A stretch of 64,000 nt of DNA from Octopus vulgaris (GCA_951406725.2 OX597816.1:51832001-51896000); one strand, 5' to 3'; shown: positions 12,277-26,840, numbered from the stretch's first letter. Notes: generated by a model not told the origin, from the letters alone. Made by a program: numbers and translations.

Positions 12277-12280
<4 letters not shown>
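11951..12280 (+). mobile_element. Pyrimidine-rich PLE-like 3' terminal fragment with HHR motif, ending in (TA)n
   Basis: Contains the HHR-like fold at 12138-12172; ends abruptly at (TA)n; related motif begins at ~63980. Confidence 0.5.
12138..12172 (+). ncRNA. Minimal hammerhead ribozyme variant (CCGACGA core)
   Basis: GUUU-CCGACGA-A-GAGC-UCC-GCUC-GAAAC-GUU-AAGC: stem I 4 bp, stem II 4 bp, loopless palindromic stem III (ACGU). Confidence 0.6.
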
Positions 12281-12313
<33 letters not shown>

Positions 12314-12475
12314 TTCAATACGTATATGTTTCAATGATAAACAAATATAGTTGGTTTTCACTGAACGCTGGTATAAACCGGAGAAGTAGGATACTCGCAT
12401 CCTTTGTGGGAATTTATTTCCTTGTTTAATAATGTATGTGTGTGCATAAATATACACACATAAACACACAAAGAT

Positions 12476-12542
<67 letters not shown>

Positions 12543-13537
12543 TACTTAGGTGCTTATGTATATGTATGTAGTTATATGTATATATACACAGGTGAGATTT
12601 CTATTGTTTTATTTTGTTTTCCTTTCTGTTCAATTAAATGAAGAAGTAGTTGTATAATGAAAATAGCTCAGTTATGGACAAGGGCAGAGGAAACATTTCT
12701 TTCTGCGTTTGTATGTGTCTGGAAACTCTAGGTTTAGTAATTTTATGCACAGAACCAAACTAAATTACTCGTAACACGTATCACATATCCTTGCTTAATA
12801 CACTTCCATAATCTACATATACGCATCTTCTACAAATCAGAATGATATTTCCTTCGACGTTGCCGTAGTGTACCCATAGTTTTGATCGTATAAAAATAGC
12901 ACTATTTCATGTACGTTATAATGGAGATATTGAGATAACAAAATCTCTGATGAAAATAGAACGAATCGTAAGTAAATAAGATTTCGATAATTAACTTAGA
13001 TACTAGCGTTGAATTCGATGGTGTCCATGGTGATTTAGTAAAAAACGTGAGACTTTCATTCACTCGATAATTATCAATATGTTAGAAAGTATCAACGTGG
13101 GAGATGCATATTTAATACAATAATCTCTAATTAATAAGTATTCTTTTATGCAAAATTTGCTTCTAGAGTTAATGTTAATGGTATTTGGAAATGGAGAGAA
13201 TATTGGTAGTGGTTTTCATGAATAGAAAATATTATTAATGATATATTGCTTTTTGTTTCCATGTATTTTTACTTTTGTATTACATTTTGCGTTCATTTTA
13301 TTTTTGCTGACTCAGAAGTAATAATCATTAAACTGTATGGAATATTTGAATTGATTAGTGAAAAAGCTTTCATTTATTCCCACTACGTTATTTTGGAGAA
13401 TAGGCATTTCATATATTTGTAAGTAGGTACACCCAAAGCTAAATTGCGTGACATAAAGTGTAGAGTAACATTGCCAATATCAATTTTGTACACTTTCACA
13501 ATGTACAGAAACACACAGACATAACTGACATATATAT

Positions 13538-13620
<83 letters not shown>

Positions 13621-13781
13621 TAAATTAACAAATGGAGTCAAACTCTGGAATTTCTACCTTTATAAGTAGGATGTAATATCCTTGGCACTTATATGACTTT
13701 TTGCTACCCTGGTAAATATTTCTTTGTTTTTTTCCTTGTTATTTGCACGCATTGGAAAATATGCATACACACACACACACT

Positions 13782-13820
<39 letters not shown>

Positions 13821-13974
13821 GTATATGTTTTCAATGCGTACAAATAACCTAAATCACACGCCCATTGTATGTAATGTCCTACATTATCCCTAGAAAGACG
13901 AAGGCTGAAGGCTGGAATGTCTTTGATGATAGGTTTGCAGTATCAGGGTTGATTGGAGTCTAAATAACAACATT

Positions 13975-15066
13975 AGGGTAAGTTTCTATATTAACACCCG
14001 CACGATTTTCACTAAGACAAAATCCCCCCAAATTTGATTTTTTACGTGGAATCAGGTATCCTGATCTTAACATGCAGCGAATCCCTTATTTTAGTTCCGA
14101 AAAAATGAGATGGGGTGTTCCCCCACCCCAATCCCCAATCCCGGAATCGTTGGAAAAATTTTTTTTTCGTGAATGAATTCCTGTGATATTACTAAATTAG
14201 GTGACTCAGGGTGAGGCTGGTAACTGATGGTTTGGGGTTTCGGTGTTTGGAATTTTTGGTGAGCCATGGTGCAACCAAAAACATGGTTAAAATCCCTGCT
14301 ATTAATTTGGTGTCGATGGGTAATATCAAAAAATTCAATCACATTATATATTTAAATTAAACATGAACAAAATTGAAATATTTTCATCACTTACATGGAA
14401 AAATTGAAATATTATCTTTCATTATTTTATACGATAAAATCTTAAATTATTAATTAATACATTAATTATCTTGTAACAGCAATTCCTGGAAAAATTATGG
14501 ATTACATGGAAAATGCGAGCATGAAAAGTAAAAGTCTTAAGATTATAAACCTGGAAAAGTACAGGGCAAGTTATTACACCTGTAAAAGTATAGGACATGC
14601 TATTACTTCTAGTAAAGAATAAGAAACTTTTTTTTTAATATTGCAGCTAAAAATAAAATTTTAGCATTAAAACTTATTTTATTATAGTTTAGAAATAACA
14701 CTATACTTATTTAAGTAGAATTTGGCTAATTTACTACCTTAAATACAGAAAAAATTGAGTAATTAGACAAACTTACAAATTAGCTGAACAGTTTGTACAA
14801 TAAATTTAATAGATGAGAACTGTAAAGAGTGATAAATTAGAAGAACTGGCATTCTTTCCTGCAATATTTTAAGTTAAAAGTTTCTTATTCTTTACTTTAC
14901 TAGAAGTAATAGCTTGTCCTATACTTTTCCAGGTGAAATAACTTGCCCTGTATTTTTCCAGGTTTATAATCTTTAAAATATTACTTTTCATGCTCGCATT
15001 TTCCATGTAATAGCAAATAAGACGCAAGCTATCTCTTTAACCCGGAATAAATTGTAGATTACCCTT
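13975..15066. mobile_element. Putative non-autonomous DNA transposon with short termini and an internal ~145-bp inverted repeat
   Basis: AGGGTAA...TTACCCT ends; arms 14501-14646 and 14859-15011 are reverse complements. Confidence 0.4.
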
Positions 15067-15310
15067 ATTGGTTAAATTTCGAAATCACGTGATAGAATCT
15101 AATCAAATTACTTCATTCTTTTATCTCGCTGGAGAAAGAATTTGATTCTTACCGCTCGCATTCCCTTGAACATCTCATGAGATTGGTGATATTGTGAGGC
15201 TATTCAAGTTATATATTTTCTAGCAATTGCAGATGCTATTTTCTCCTTCATTTATATATTCTACTGTTTTGGTTATCAATTGCTATAGCCACCTATATTG
15301 TAATGTAGAC

Positions 15311-15401
<91 letters not shown>

Positions 15402-16061
15402 TATACACACACAAATATACATTTATGCATACACACACACACACACACAAACACACGTATACAATCATATGTGTCTAAATATGTATATGTATACATATAA
15501 ATTGCCGTATTTCACTATGTGTACATTTATTGTGATTCAATTCTGTGACTCACGCACATACAAAATATGAAGCAAGAAAATATTTATCTTTTAAATATAA
15601 AGCCCTTATGTAAATGGAAATAATACTAAGTAATATTGGAATATTAAAAGATTCCAGCAATGCATTCTACATGTCAAAAGGAAATAAAAACGTAAAATAA
15701 ATAATACACATACGTCATAGTGGGAAACTGCGAGAGCTGTCACGCAAATCAATCCATAAATATTTATTCACAAGCGATATTTTCCAAAAAAGATTAAATT
15801 TAGAATTACCGTAAGATTAACTAATGCGTATTGAAATAGATGAGAACATTCTTTTACTACACAAGAATGTCTTTATTTGGAAGACTGTATTTGTAGGTTA
15901 TTAATGAAATTTTGCTTATATATATACACATATATATATATTGATGAAAATGGTTAGACAACAAAAGAGATGGCGGCGTGGAATTCCACCTCCGCATCCG
16001 AAACTCAGATTTTTATCATGGCTACCGAATAATTGTCACATATTACATTTACATATATATT

Positions 16062-16106
<45 letters not shown>

Positions 16107-16110
<4 letters not shown>

Positions 16111-16700
16111 AATAATGAAGGGTGAAATTAATTAATTTGGAATAATTATCAATTACACCAAGTAGTCTTCGGCATGTAAAAGCCTCATTCGAGGAAAATT
16201 TAAGTAATACTAAGCAATAAAGGGTTTAGCAACGAATTGCCTTACCACATACCGAATTTAGAAATAGCAGTCAAAGAGTTATAGCTATTTCTTCTACTAA
16301 AAAGGAGATCTCAGTAAAAAACACAGCAATTGGAAGGCAGACACAAACAGGTAAGAGAGAATGAATTGACGGCAATCTATCATACAATTTTAAGTTATCT
16401 ACGGACGCACGTTTCGAAATCAAGTTTTTAGGAAAGCATGAGAATTAAATATTAAATAATTCTACGTTACCCAAACTTCTTTTCTCTTCAGCGTAGAATA
16501 CTATAATCATAAGTGATTATATATTGAATTTTGAGATTTGAATTTTGAGATTTGAATTTTGAATTTTGTGTCTGCCTTCCAATTGCTGTGTTTTACTGAG
16601 ATCTCCCTTTTTAGTAGAAGAAATAGCTATAACTCTTTGACTGCTATTTCTAAATTCGGTATGTGGTAAGGCAATTCGTTCCTAAACCCTTTATTGCTTA

Positions 16701-16703
<3 letters not shown>
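16107..16703 (-). mobile_element. Non-autonomous PLE-like element: HHR plus tail plus inverted tail copy, embedded in (TA)n
   Basis: ~140-bp inverted arms 16208-16347 and 16565-16703; HHR in the spacer; (TA)n both sides; arm sequence recurs at 54603-54692. Confidence 0.75.
16398..16497 (-). ncRNA. Type I hammerhead ribozyme with intact core and extended stem II
   Basis: Minus strand: UCUACG-CUGAAGA-GAAA-[61 nt hairpin]-UUUC-GAAAC-GUGC-GUC-CGUAGA; perfect 6-bp stem I; GUC triplet. Confidence 0.8.
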
Positions 16704-16751
<48 letters not shown>

Positions 16752-17185
16752 GATGCACAAACATACAGACATATTTAATAACTGTATAACAGTTTGAACC
16801 GGCTTCATGCAACTTTGAAATTCGTAGACAAAATGGATCTAGCTATTCCTGTGCCCGAAGTGCTAGGTTCGTTTTATGAGCTCACGAAGTCGAATTAAAC
16901 TGTTATTGATTGATGTGTGTAATTCCTACCAAATGTGTTGGATACAACAATCTTATACACACATACATACATACACACACACACTCAGAATGGGATTGAT
17001 ATATTATTATATATATTCAATATTTCCTCTATTCAATAAGACAATCAATACTTCATTTCATTTTACTACTATATATACTATTTATACTATATATTCTATA
17101 TTCTACATTAATATTATAAAGAATATAAATAAAACATAAAAAAACAGACTGTTGGAATTCCTTTGAATAATATATATGTGTATAT

Positions 17186-17216
<31 letters not shown>

Positions 17217-17239
17217 AATATAAATATATATATATATTC

Positions 17240-17454
17240 TTTTTACCTCTTTTCTTTGTTTCAGTCATTTGACTGTGGCCATGCTGGAGCACCGCTTTTA
17301 GTCGAGCAAATCGATCCCAGGACTTATTCTTTGTAAGCCTAGTACTTATTCTATCGGCCTATTTTGCCGAACCTCTAAGTTACGGGGACGTAAACACACC
17401 ACCATCGGTTGTCAAGCGATGTTGGGGGATAAACACAAACACATAAACACACAC

Positions 17455-17499
<45 letters not shown>

Positions 17500-17666
17500 C
17501 ATATATACGACGGGCTTCTTTCAGTTTCCGTCTACCAATTCCACTCACAAGACTTTGGTCGGCCCGAGACTATATTAGAAGACACTTGGCCAAGGTGCCA
17601 CGCAGTGGGAATGAACCCGGAACCATGTGGTTGTTGAGCAAGTTACTTACCACACAGACTGCGCCT
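17240..17666 (-). mobile_element. SINE family B, full length
   Basis: Colinear with 9211-9616. Confidence 0.9.
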
Positions 17667-18591
17667 ACTATATATATACAAATATAAATAACAACTTAAC
17701 AATTCATTCTCGATATATTCTTGCCGATTCGGCCGTCAATATCTATGTTTTTTTCTTAACGAAGTACATCCCTTCCTTTTTCGATGTCTGTTTATAACAC
17801 GTATTTCACCGATACAACAGGATCTTCTAATACGAAGTTCCTTCGAGCTCAGTACGTGGGGACCCAGTCGAAGTTACCCAGCCGCCTCTTGTTAATAGAA
17901 GTCAGCAAAATGTTATTTACTGATGTGTGTTGATGTCCATCAAACAAGTTATAATTCATGAGGTGCACGAAGAACGACGAGGTTCGAAATAATAATGTAC
18001 CTAATCATTCTCAATACGTTCTGTCAGATTCGAACTTTTATATCTAATAGCTTTTATTTCTTGTCATCTGAGAAGATTTCCTTTTAGACAATGTTTATTC
18101 ATAACATAGGCGATTCATCGGTGTAAGAGAACTTTTGAGACACTACGGTATTTCAATCTCGCTTTGTGTCTTTTCAGAGAATGCTACCCGACCTGATCTA
18201 TGAAAGTAGCGAGAATACAGGTTCTTCTTTATAGGTGGGGTGTATATACTTCGAAGTCCACAGTTTAAAAAAATTAAGTCATAACGCTCGAAGTTTATGA
18301 GGTAGTATTGGCATGAAAACGATAAGTTAGTATATTTACTACTGAAAATATCAAACCTGAAATAACTACTGCGCTTAAGTTATATAATTTTGATGGACGC
18401 AAGTGGCAACACTTCCGTTAGGTTCTGTTCTACACACAATGAAGAACCGATGAAACTGAAATCTAATAGCAGACATTAAAATATAATTTTACAATGCCAT
18501 TGCAGCAAATATATGGTGGTGATAACTGAAAAATAAAGTCTAATTAGTTACTATTCTTTATTTCATACATACATTCTTATATATATTATAT

Positions 18592-18629
<38 letters not shown>

Positions 18630-18667
18630 TACATAACTGCACATACTTCCACATACATACACATCTC

Positions 18668-18713
<46 letters not shown>

Positions 18714-20314
18714 AATACATATACATATATATAAATTCATACATGCTTACATACATATGTATGTGTCTCAATGCAAGCTTAATATTATTGCTCGATTTTA
18801 TTTACGAAATAAAATCATATCCCTTTAATATTGTGTGTATTTTTTTAGTTCATGTAATCTATTTGCTTCCGTAGTTTTCTAAATAACTAATTATTATTTA
18901 ATTATTTATTTTTACCATAGTCATACGTTCAATTATATGTCAAATTAAGAGAGTTCAGGTGAGTAAAATTAAAAACACTACAACAGATCACTTAATGTTA
19001 ATTAGCATTGATTACTGATTTGCTTACACTGCTATTATATTAAAATTTGTTGCTGACTTTTTTTTTAGTTTGATATTTTCTCATTTTCAATTTTGTCGTC
19101 CATACGTATTCGAAAATGTTCTCCATCATTTACTATACGTTCTTTTTTTTTTCTTTTTTATTCCGTCTGCTCAGAAATTGTAAGAACTTGAATAAATCAG
19201 GATAATTACTGGGTTTACAAAATTAATAACTGTTATTATCAAAAGTAGTCACGTCAAATAGTAATTAATTGGCTATTAAATTATTTTTCTTCATTGCTAC
19301 GATATTTATAAAGAAATACTGTTACGAAATCTTAACAATCAATAATATTTATCAGACTACCAACTTTTATATTTGGACGATTTTACATTTTATTTTAATG
19401 CAAATTGTGATGTCCTCAAAACACAAAACTAAACTAGACAAACGATCTATGAACCAAGGGACAAAATAATTTCAAGTTAATTTATAGAACAAAATATATA
19501 TTTCAGTACTGCTCGTTTACTATTAGATTCACATACTCTGCCGATGCTGCGTCACAGCACACAATAGTTTACTTACTTATTATCAAATGCAATATTTGCA
19601 CAGTGGCTATTTTATCGAACTGAGCGATGAAAAAAATTTAACGGTCTCATTTGGAGCAACGGGTTAAAATAATAAATGAAAATGACATAAATAATCAGAA
19701 ATATATATTTCATCAACACAATCCATCATTTAGCTAATGAACACATTGCAAAAGAAAATAAAACGCCCATTGTCAATTCATGATATTATATGACTGGTAC
19801 ATACTTTATCGGATATTTCTGTTTTTGTATATACTTGATTTTTTTTGCCTCTGGTGGTGAAATTGCTATTAAAGAGGAGAGACTATTTTCTCGAGTCTCG
19901 TATTTGTTTTTTCCCGAGAATTGCCGCTGACATTTCATGCATTTTATATGATCGATATTTCAATTTAATTTGGATTTATTTCTTAAACAAGATATCGAAA
20001 AATAGGTATATGTTCCATCGTATTACATTGCAATTAAGTTGCGTTTTTTTTTATCATATAATAGAGTACCAGTATATATCTAGTGCATTGTTATTGGCTT
20101 GATACAAGATGAAAAAACTCTATTATAAGTAAAATATATGCAATAGAAGAAAACTGGATCGATCGATGAAATGAAGAATAATACCATTCATTATTTATAA
20201 CACATTCCACTGTAGATATAAGCATTATCGTATGAGTCGTATAATATCGGGGAAAATTCACAGGGGAATCATGCTTCTCTTTTCTTACTATAACATACAA
20301 AGTGAACATGCGTG

Positions 20315-20407
20315 CATATATATATATATATATATATGTGCATGCATTATATATATATACATACATACACACACACATATATATATATATATATGCATGC
20401 ATTATAT

Positions 20408-20487
<80 letters not shown>

Positions 20488-20509
20488 AATGTATATATAT
20501 AATGCATGC

Positions 20510-20563
<54 letters not shown>

Positions 20564-20597
20564 GTATATATATAATGCATGCATTATATATATATAT

Positions 20598-20655
<58 letters not shown>

Positions 20656-20677
20656 ATATGTATATATATATTGTATG

Positions 20678-20738
<61 letters not shown>

Positions 20739-20756
20739 ATATGTATATATATATTG

Positions 20757-20809
<53 letters not shown>

Positions 20810-20830
20810 TGCAATTATATATATATATGA
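20315..20830. repeat. Long compound (TA)n/(CA)n array with ATGCATTAT interruptions
   Basis: Direct reading; source of the poly-IY ORFs. Confidence 0.9.
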
Positions 20831-23689
20831 GTGTGTATGTATACGTACAAACACACATATTTCATATACATTCATACAATTTTATGTGTGTGCGTGTGTG
20901 TATTCGTGTGTGTGTAAAAAATGAGGGAGTGGGTCGATACTTGAATCGTTGAACAGATCAAACGATATACCTGGGGAAAACTTGAGTAATATTGAATAAA
21001 GTATCAGACGCAAACAAAGTATGATGACGTTACAGAAGATCCGAATCATGACTTGATTATCGTGTAAAACCGTTGATCGTAGGTGGTAACGCTATAAAAG
21101 CGCGAACTTTATTTCATCTTTAGCCAGACGTCTTTGAATATATAAATCCACATTTGTTGTTTTGTCATTATTGAAGATAAAAGAAGTCGGAAGAAAAATA
21201 TGGAAACAAACAAACATTAGTACACTAGATAAAATGGTTGAAATTGAATTAACATCGTTGCTTTTTTTTCTTCTATTTCCCAGTTTGTTATCTTTCCAAT
21301 GCGAGTTAGACTTCATAAGATGATGATTCTGAGAATATGAATAATTGAATGAGCAGAGCGATACTATCCTCTAAATTATTCGTGTATAATATGTAAGAAA
21401 GAAGCGAGAACAAATGAAGAGAAAGATCATGGACAAAGATAGCGAATTTCTGTTCATAAATGTATCAGTAATCGGACGCCAGAAGAATATGACAAACTTC
21501 TGTGAAAATGTGCTGCTTACTACAAGAGTATTTTTGGCATTCTATTTTATATTCATGTGCATTACTGGTGCACTTTCAACACTAAAGCTTTGAAGATGTA
21601 TATTCTTTTCGAATTTCTAATTCTCGTAGGATTTTAATAAAAGATATTTGTATCTTTTAGTGATGTTTCGGTTGTTTGCTTAATTACAATTATGTGTATT
21701 TCTATTTGTTTATTATAACTTTATCTCCTGTGGTGGTGCATTTGAATGAGCTGCTGCTTGTTCCAATAACTGACTTGTGTATTTTAAACTACCTATATAA
21801 TGCTATAAATTTAACCCCATACAAAAATAATCATTATTTACACCCAAAGGAGAAATTAAAATAGACATATAAACTCACATTGACTTTAGAATGCAATTCA
21901 ATAATATTAGTTGAATAACACAAAAGGTATTTTCAAATATAGGCAAACTTTCTACGGTTTCAAAAAACAATTTACTTGAAAATATACCTGCATTGACAGT
22001 AAGTCCTGTAATATCAGAGATTCACATATTCTTTTAGGGGAGATATGTGGCTTTGTGGCTAAGGTGTTAGATTCATGAGCGTAAGATTATAGTTCTTCAG
22101 CGTTGTGTTCTTGAGCGAAACATTTCATGTTGCTCCAGTCGACCCAACTGACAAAAGTGAGTGATCCTACCATAGACCGGTAATCCAACCAGGAGGGAGT
22201 ATATACGGATGAGAATCAGGGAAACTGCCCTATTAGTCTACAAGACTGGGGAAGTAGATTTACCAATCTTACACATCTCTTTTAAATTAAGAGTTAAGTC
22301 TAATGTTACTAAAAAGTTCTAGTCTCTTTCGAACAGACATATCCATACTACAGTTATCTCCAATACTAAAGCAAATTAATTAATAGGACCTATCTAAAAT
22401 TTTGTCGCAGCTGTATGTAAAATGTGGAAAACTATTTAACATACGCGCAAACGAAAACATCTGAGACACACTGAACATAGAGGAATATGAAATCACGTTC
22501 GCTCAGTCTGTTGTATAATCCAGAAGCGAGAATTATGATAGACGTGTTTTATGGAGCGTAGCAAAAGAATGTCAAACTACTACTTTTTTTTAGATGTTTG
22601 GGTTGTGTTTCTGCTAGAAAAGCAGGAACACTACAAAATATGGGCAACGTTTAAAAAAGTATTTTCTGATACTCTAAAATTCTGTTATTAAATATCAGAG
22701 AAGGCTTCATTAAAAGGTGAACATATTGTCACATGTTCCTTCTTGGTCTGCGGAAATAATGACCTTTAATAGGCTAGAATTTAATCAGACATTTACTCGA
22801 TACTTTTCACACGCCCCAATAACACAGGCGTTGACTTTCCACAGCAGTCATATAAAATGCTTATATAAGGCTCCAAGATTATATTTAGATAGACCGTCGC
22901 AAATCCCCATCCTGTGTGCAAACACATTTTCTCAACAAATCCGGAACACGTAAATAAATTTAACTTTTAAACTCCTGGATGATACATTATTTTAATAAAT
23001 ATTTTGCATGTTTAAAAATTCTGTTGGACATATATACACTCAAAATAACTTGAATTGCTCGTTTATCACACTCACACATACCACATAAATTCTCGTGTGT
23101 AGCCGTTTTGAATTTCCATGACGATTACCGAAGCTGCACAGATTTGGTCTTTATACTTATACAACTGCGGCCTCAGCAAAGAAATTAATCAGAAACGATA
23201 TTTCTGAAATAGATTGTAAATAGTTTACACACACACAGATATATGCACGCTCACACACATATACATACACACTCATATAAATACATACACAAAACACACA
23301 CACACGCGCATACACATACATACACACACATATATATATATATATATAGCAACTCAGCTTTCCGGTAGAACCTATATGCACGCGTAAGAAATTGTATAAC
23401 TCATGAACTTCACTGTTTCGTGCTTTCTGTAGACCCACGCGATTAAAGTAGCTGTAAAGGTTACTCTAAAACATTCAATTAATAACTTAATTACTTAAAA
23501 AAACATCGTCACGTTGTTCAGATAAAGAAAAACTAAGAAGCAAAACAGAAATTGCAAAAAAAAAGCAAAAAATAGAAATCGGGATAAAATAGCAACGCTG
23601 ATGTATTTTTTACCCTTTGTGTACTTTTTAACATATGATCTCAACTCATCAAACCCGATAACACTACTACAACCTCTACACCACTACAC

Positions 23690-23990
<301 letters not shown>

Positions 23991-24710
23991 GTTTTTGCTG
24001 TTACTGCTGCCGCTGCTAAGCAAGCCGTGCAACTTTTAAATTTTAGAGACGCTTGTTTCTACAAAGAGAAGATGAGAAAAAGATCACCGGAAGGAACCAG
24101 AGATAACTTTAATGAAAATGGCAACAGCGGCGTTTAAGAAGTGACTAATAAAAGAAACCAAACAGATAGGGGGGAGTAGAGATCAGTGATATTGTACAAG
24201 ATTTCTGACAGTGATAAATAGCTGTAAATGTATAAACAGAGTGTTTGTTTATTATTTTGCCAAATGAAAGGGCAGTGCAGATTGCTAGAGTTAGTAAGGC
24301 AGCAGAAAAATTCCTGATGGTTTTAATTACATAGATTTGCATTCTCAGTTCAAATCCTTATGACATTTTTGTTGCGGGTATAGACAAAATATGAAGGAGA
24401 TTCGTATATTGGTTTTTAACTAATCGACAATTTCTGACCTCAACTCAAATAAAAATCATCGCTCCAGTACTCAGCTAGCACATATTTTATTGAGTCTACA
24501 CAGATGAAATGCAAAGTCGACCTGCATGGAATATGAATTCAGAAGGTGAAACCAGAAGGAATGCCAGTAAGCATTTTATCCGGCGTGCAAGCAATTCTGA
24601 TAGCTGGCGCCTTTATGATATATTCATATTGAAACCACAAACAGAAATCCACAGTCTGTGCATTAGAGTAACTCTGAATTCGTTAATCATCTAAAGATAT
24701 AACTTCATAT

Positions 24711-24940
24711 TTCTTTATTTCCCACAAGGGGCCAAACAAACAGGGGACAAACAAGGACAGACAAATGGATTAAGTCGATTCCATCGACCCCAGTACGTAA
24801 CTGGTACTTAATTTATCGACCCCGAAAGGATGAAAGGCAAAGTCGACCTCGCCGGAATTTGAACTCAGAACGTAAAGACGGACGAAATACAGCCAAGCAT
24901 TTCGCCCGGCGTGCTAACGTTTCTGCCAGCTCGCCGCCTT
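24711..24940 (-). mobile_element. SINE family A, full length, with 16-bp TSD
   Basis: AGATATAACTTCATAT at 24695-24710 and 24941-24956; reverse complement of 10107-10337. Confidence 0.92.
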
Positions 24941-26509
24941 AGATATAACTTCATATAACTTCATATTGTCCCAATTATCTTATAACCTCGGATAACGATG
25001 CATTATTTGTATAGGAACATAATAGGCAAGTAAATATCTAAATACACTACGTACCAATATGGTCGAGCAAATCAATCCAGTACTTAACTGTACTTTATTT
25101 TATCCGTCCTCCATAGATGAAAGGCAAATTTGATCTTGGTGAGATTTGAAGTATGAGCTTACAGAGCCGAAACAAATACCGTAAAGCATTTTTACCGATG
25201 CTTTAAAGAATGTGCCACTTTGCTACAATAGTCTCATCTCGAATTAATGCTTTGTGTCCATTGTTAAGTATGAACGCCTCATGATCCGATTTGATATTTT
25301 TGTAAACATTTTGTTCGTATTTTGCACAATGTAACGACGGTCCATAGATACAATTGAAAATGCATTACACAGAGGCGTAGTTAGATGTGTAGGTCTTCAA
25401 ACACACATAAACACACACACAAACACACACAAACACAGGTCTTCAAACACACATAAACACACACACATACACACACAAACACAAACACACACACACATAC
25501 ACACACACACTCGCTCACTCATACATTCACATACCCACACATACGGATGTACATAAAAACAGGATATGAAGCATGAAACTGTATTAAGGCTTGTTAAAAA
25601 ATTTATACAAAATCTATTAATGCTAAAACACCTACAAAATATGATACCCCGCAATTCAGTTTCTTTGTTCCCCAAATACCGCAGTCTCCTACTCGAAAAT
25701 GCTTGCTTGGGCGTATTTTGTATTGAGGAAAGCCAGAAGACACCTACGCCTAATGGACACCTGAAATTGCTTATAAGCAATTAGTCTGTTTATGCGCCAG
25801 TGTAGTGTGTATACATGTGTGTTTGTTGATTCGTTCAGACCAGTTTGTATAAAATTGTATGTCCATGTGTACGTGTGGATTGCTTGTTTCTGTGTACTTA
25901 TAAGCTAGTCGGCTAATATATCCGTCTGAACGAAATTTAATATTAATTATATTAGCTTTGAAATAATAATAAAAATTGCTACCATAATTTCCTTCCTAAT
26001 ATAACTAACTAACCAGGAAATTATATAAATGTCTTTGCTGAAATCACTTAATGATTATTTCCAATGTAGCGACAGAAGGAATATTAAAATACATTTCCCT
26101 CTCTAACTATAAATAAATCAATCGGAAGGTGAGAGTTGTAATTCGGAGGCTACGTGCCATCAGACTAGACTAGCTTGATGAGCAGTCTGTATATTTATAA
26201 GTTCGTGCTCGTATACTTTGTGTTATTCTGTTTCTGTTTTACTTTCTTTTTACTTTTGTATCTTCAACGTAGACTAATAGTAACAGCAAACAAATAGTAA
26301 AATAAATAATTTAAAACCTATTTAATGATAAATGGTTTCTGTTTAGCCTCCAGACCAACAATTTTAATATATGGGACAGTAGTCGATATAACTGAACCCC
26401 AGTATTTCTAGATACTTTATTTTATCGACCCCCAAAATATGAAACGCAATGGCCGAACTCAATACAACATGAATTTATTATTATTATTGTTATTAACTGT
26501 TACAAAAAG

Positions 26510-26670
26510 GGCAAAATGCTACGCAGCATTTCGACCAGAGTTACGCTCTGAGTTCAAATTCCATCGACGTAGTCTTTGCCTTTCATCCTTTTGGAGTCGA
26601 TAAAATAAGTACTAATTGACCAACTCACCTCCATCCGGAAACTTGTGGCCTTATACCAAAAATTGAAACT
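26510..26670 (+). mobile_element. Degenerate SINE family A
   Basis: CTGAGTTCAAATTCC..CTTTGCCTTTCATCCTTT.GG.GTCGATAAAATAAGTAC. Confidence 0.7.
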
Positions 26671-26840
26671 ATTGTTCTGGGGGTCACTGCTTGGAATAGA
26701 ACACGGAATCTTGAGGTTAGTAGCCCTCACATTTAACCACTATGTCATATGCGTAATGGTTAAGAGCGCAGGCTACTAACCCCAAGATTCCGAGTTCGAT
26801 TCTAGGCAGTGACCTGAATAATAATAATAATAATAATAAT

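Noticed and set aside
12942-13001. CUGAUGA with weak stems
   Set aside because: GAUA instead of GAAA and AU-only pairing expected by chance; similar weak cases at 45228-45275, 50663-50700 and 16160-16195 (minus) also rejected.
20091-20952. Long ORFs of IY/YI, and similar ones at 15.2, 37.4, 38.2, 61.6 and 62.3 kb
   Set aside because: Stop-free translations of (TA)n, (CA)n and (GATA)n; no domain content.
26751-26815. tRNA gene
   Set aside because: No acceptor stem or T-run terminator, and it continues into (AAT)n; it is a repeat head. The same applies to SINE heads at 10107, 34153 and 53221.
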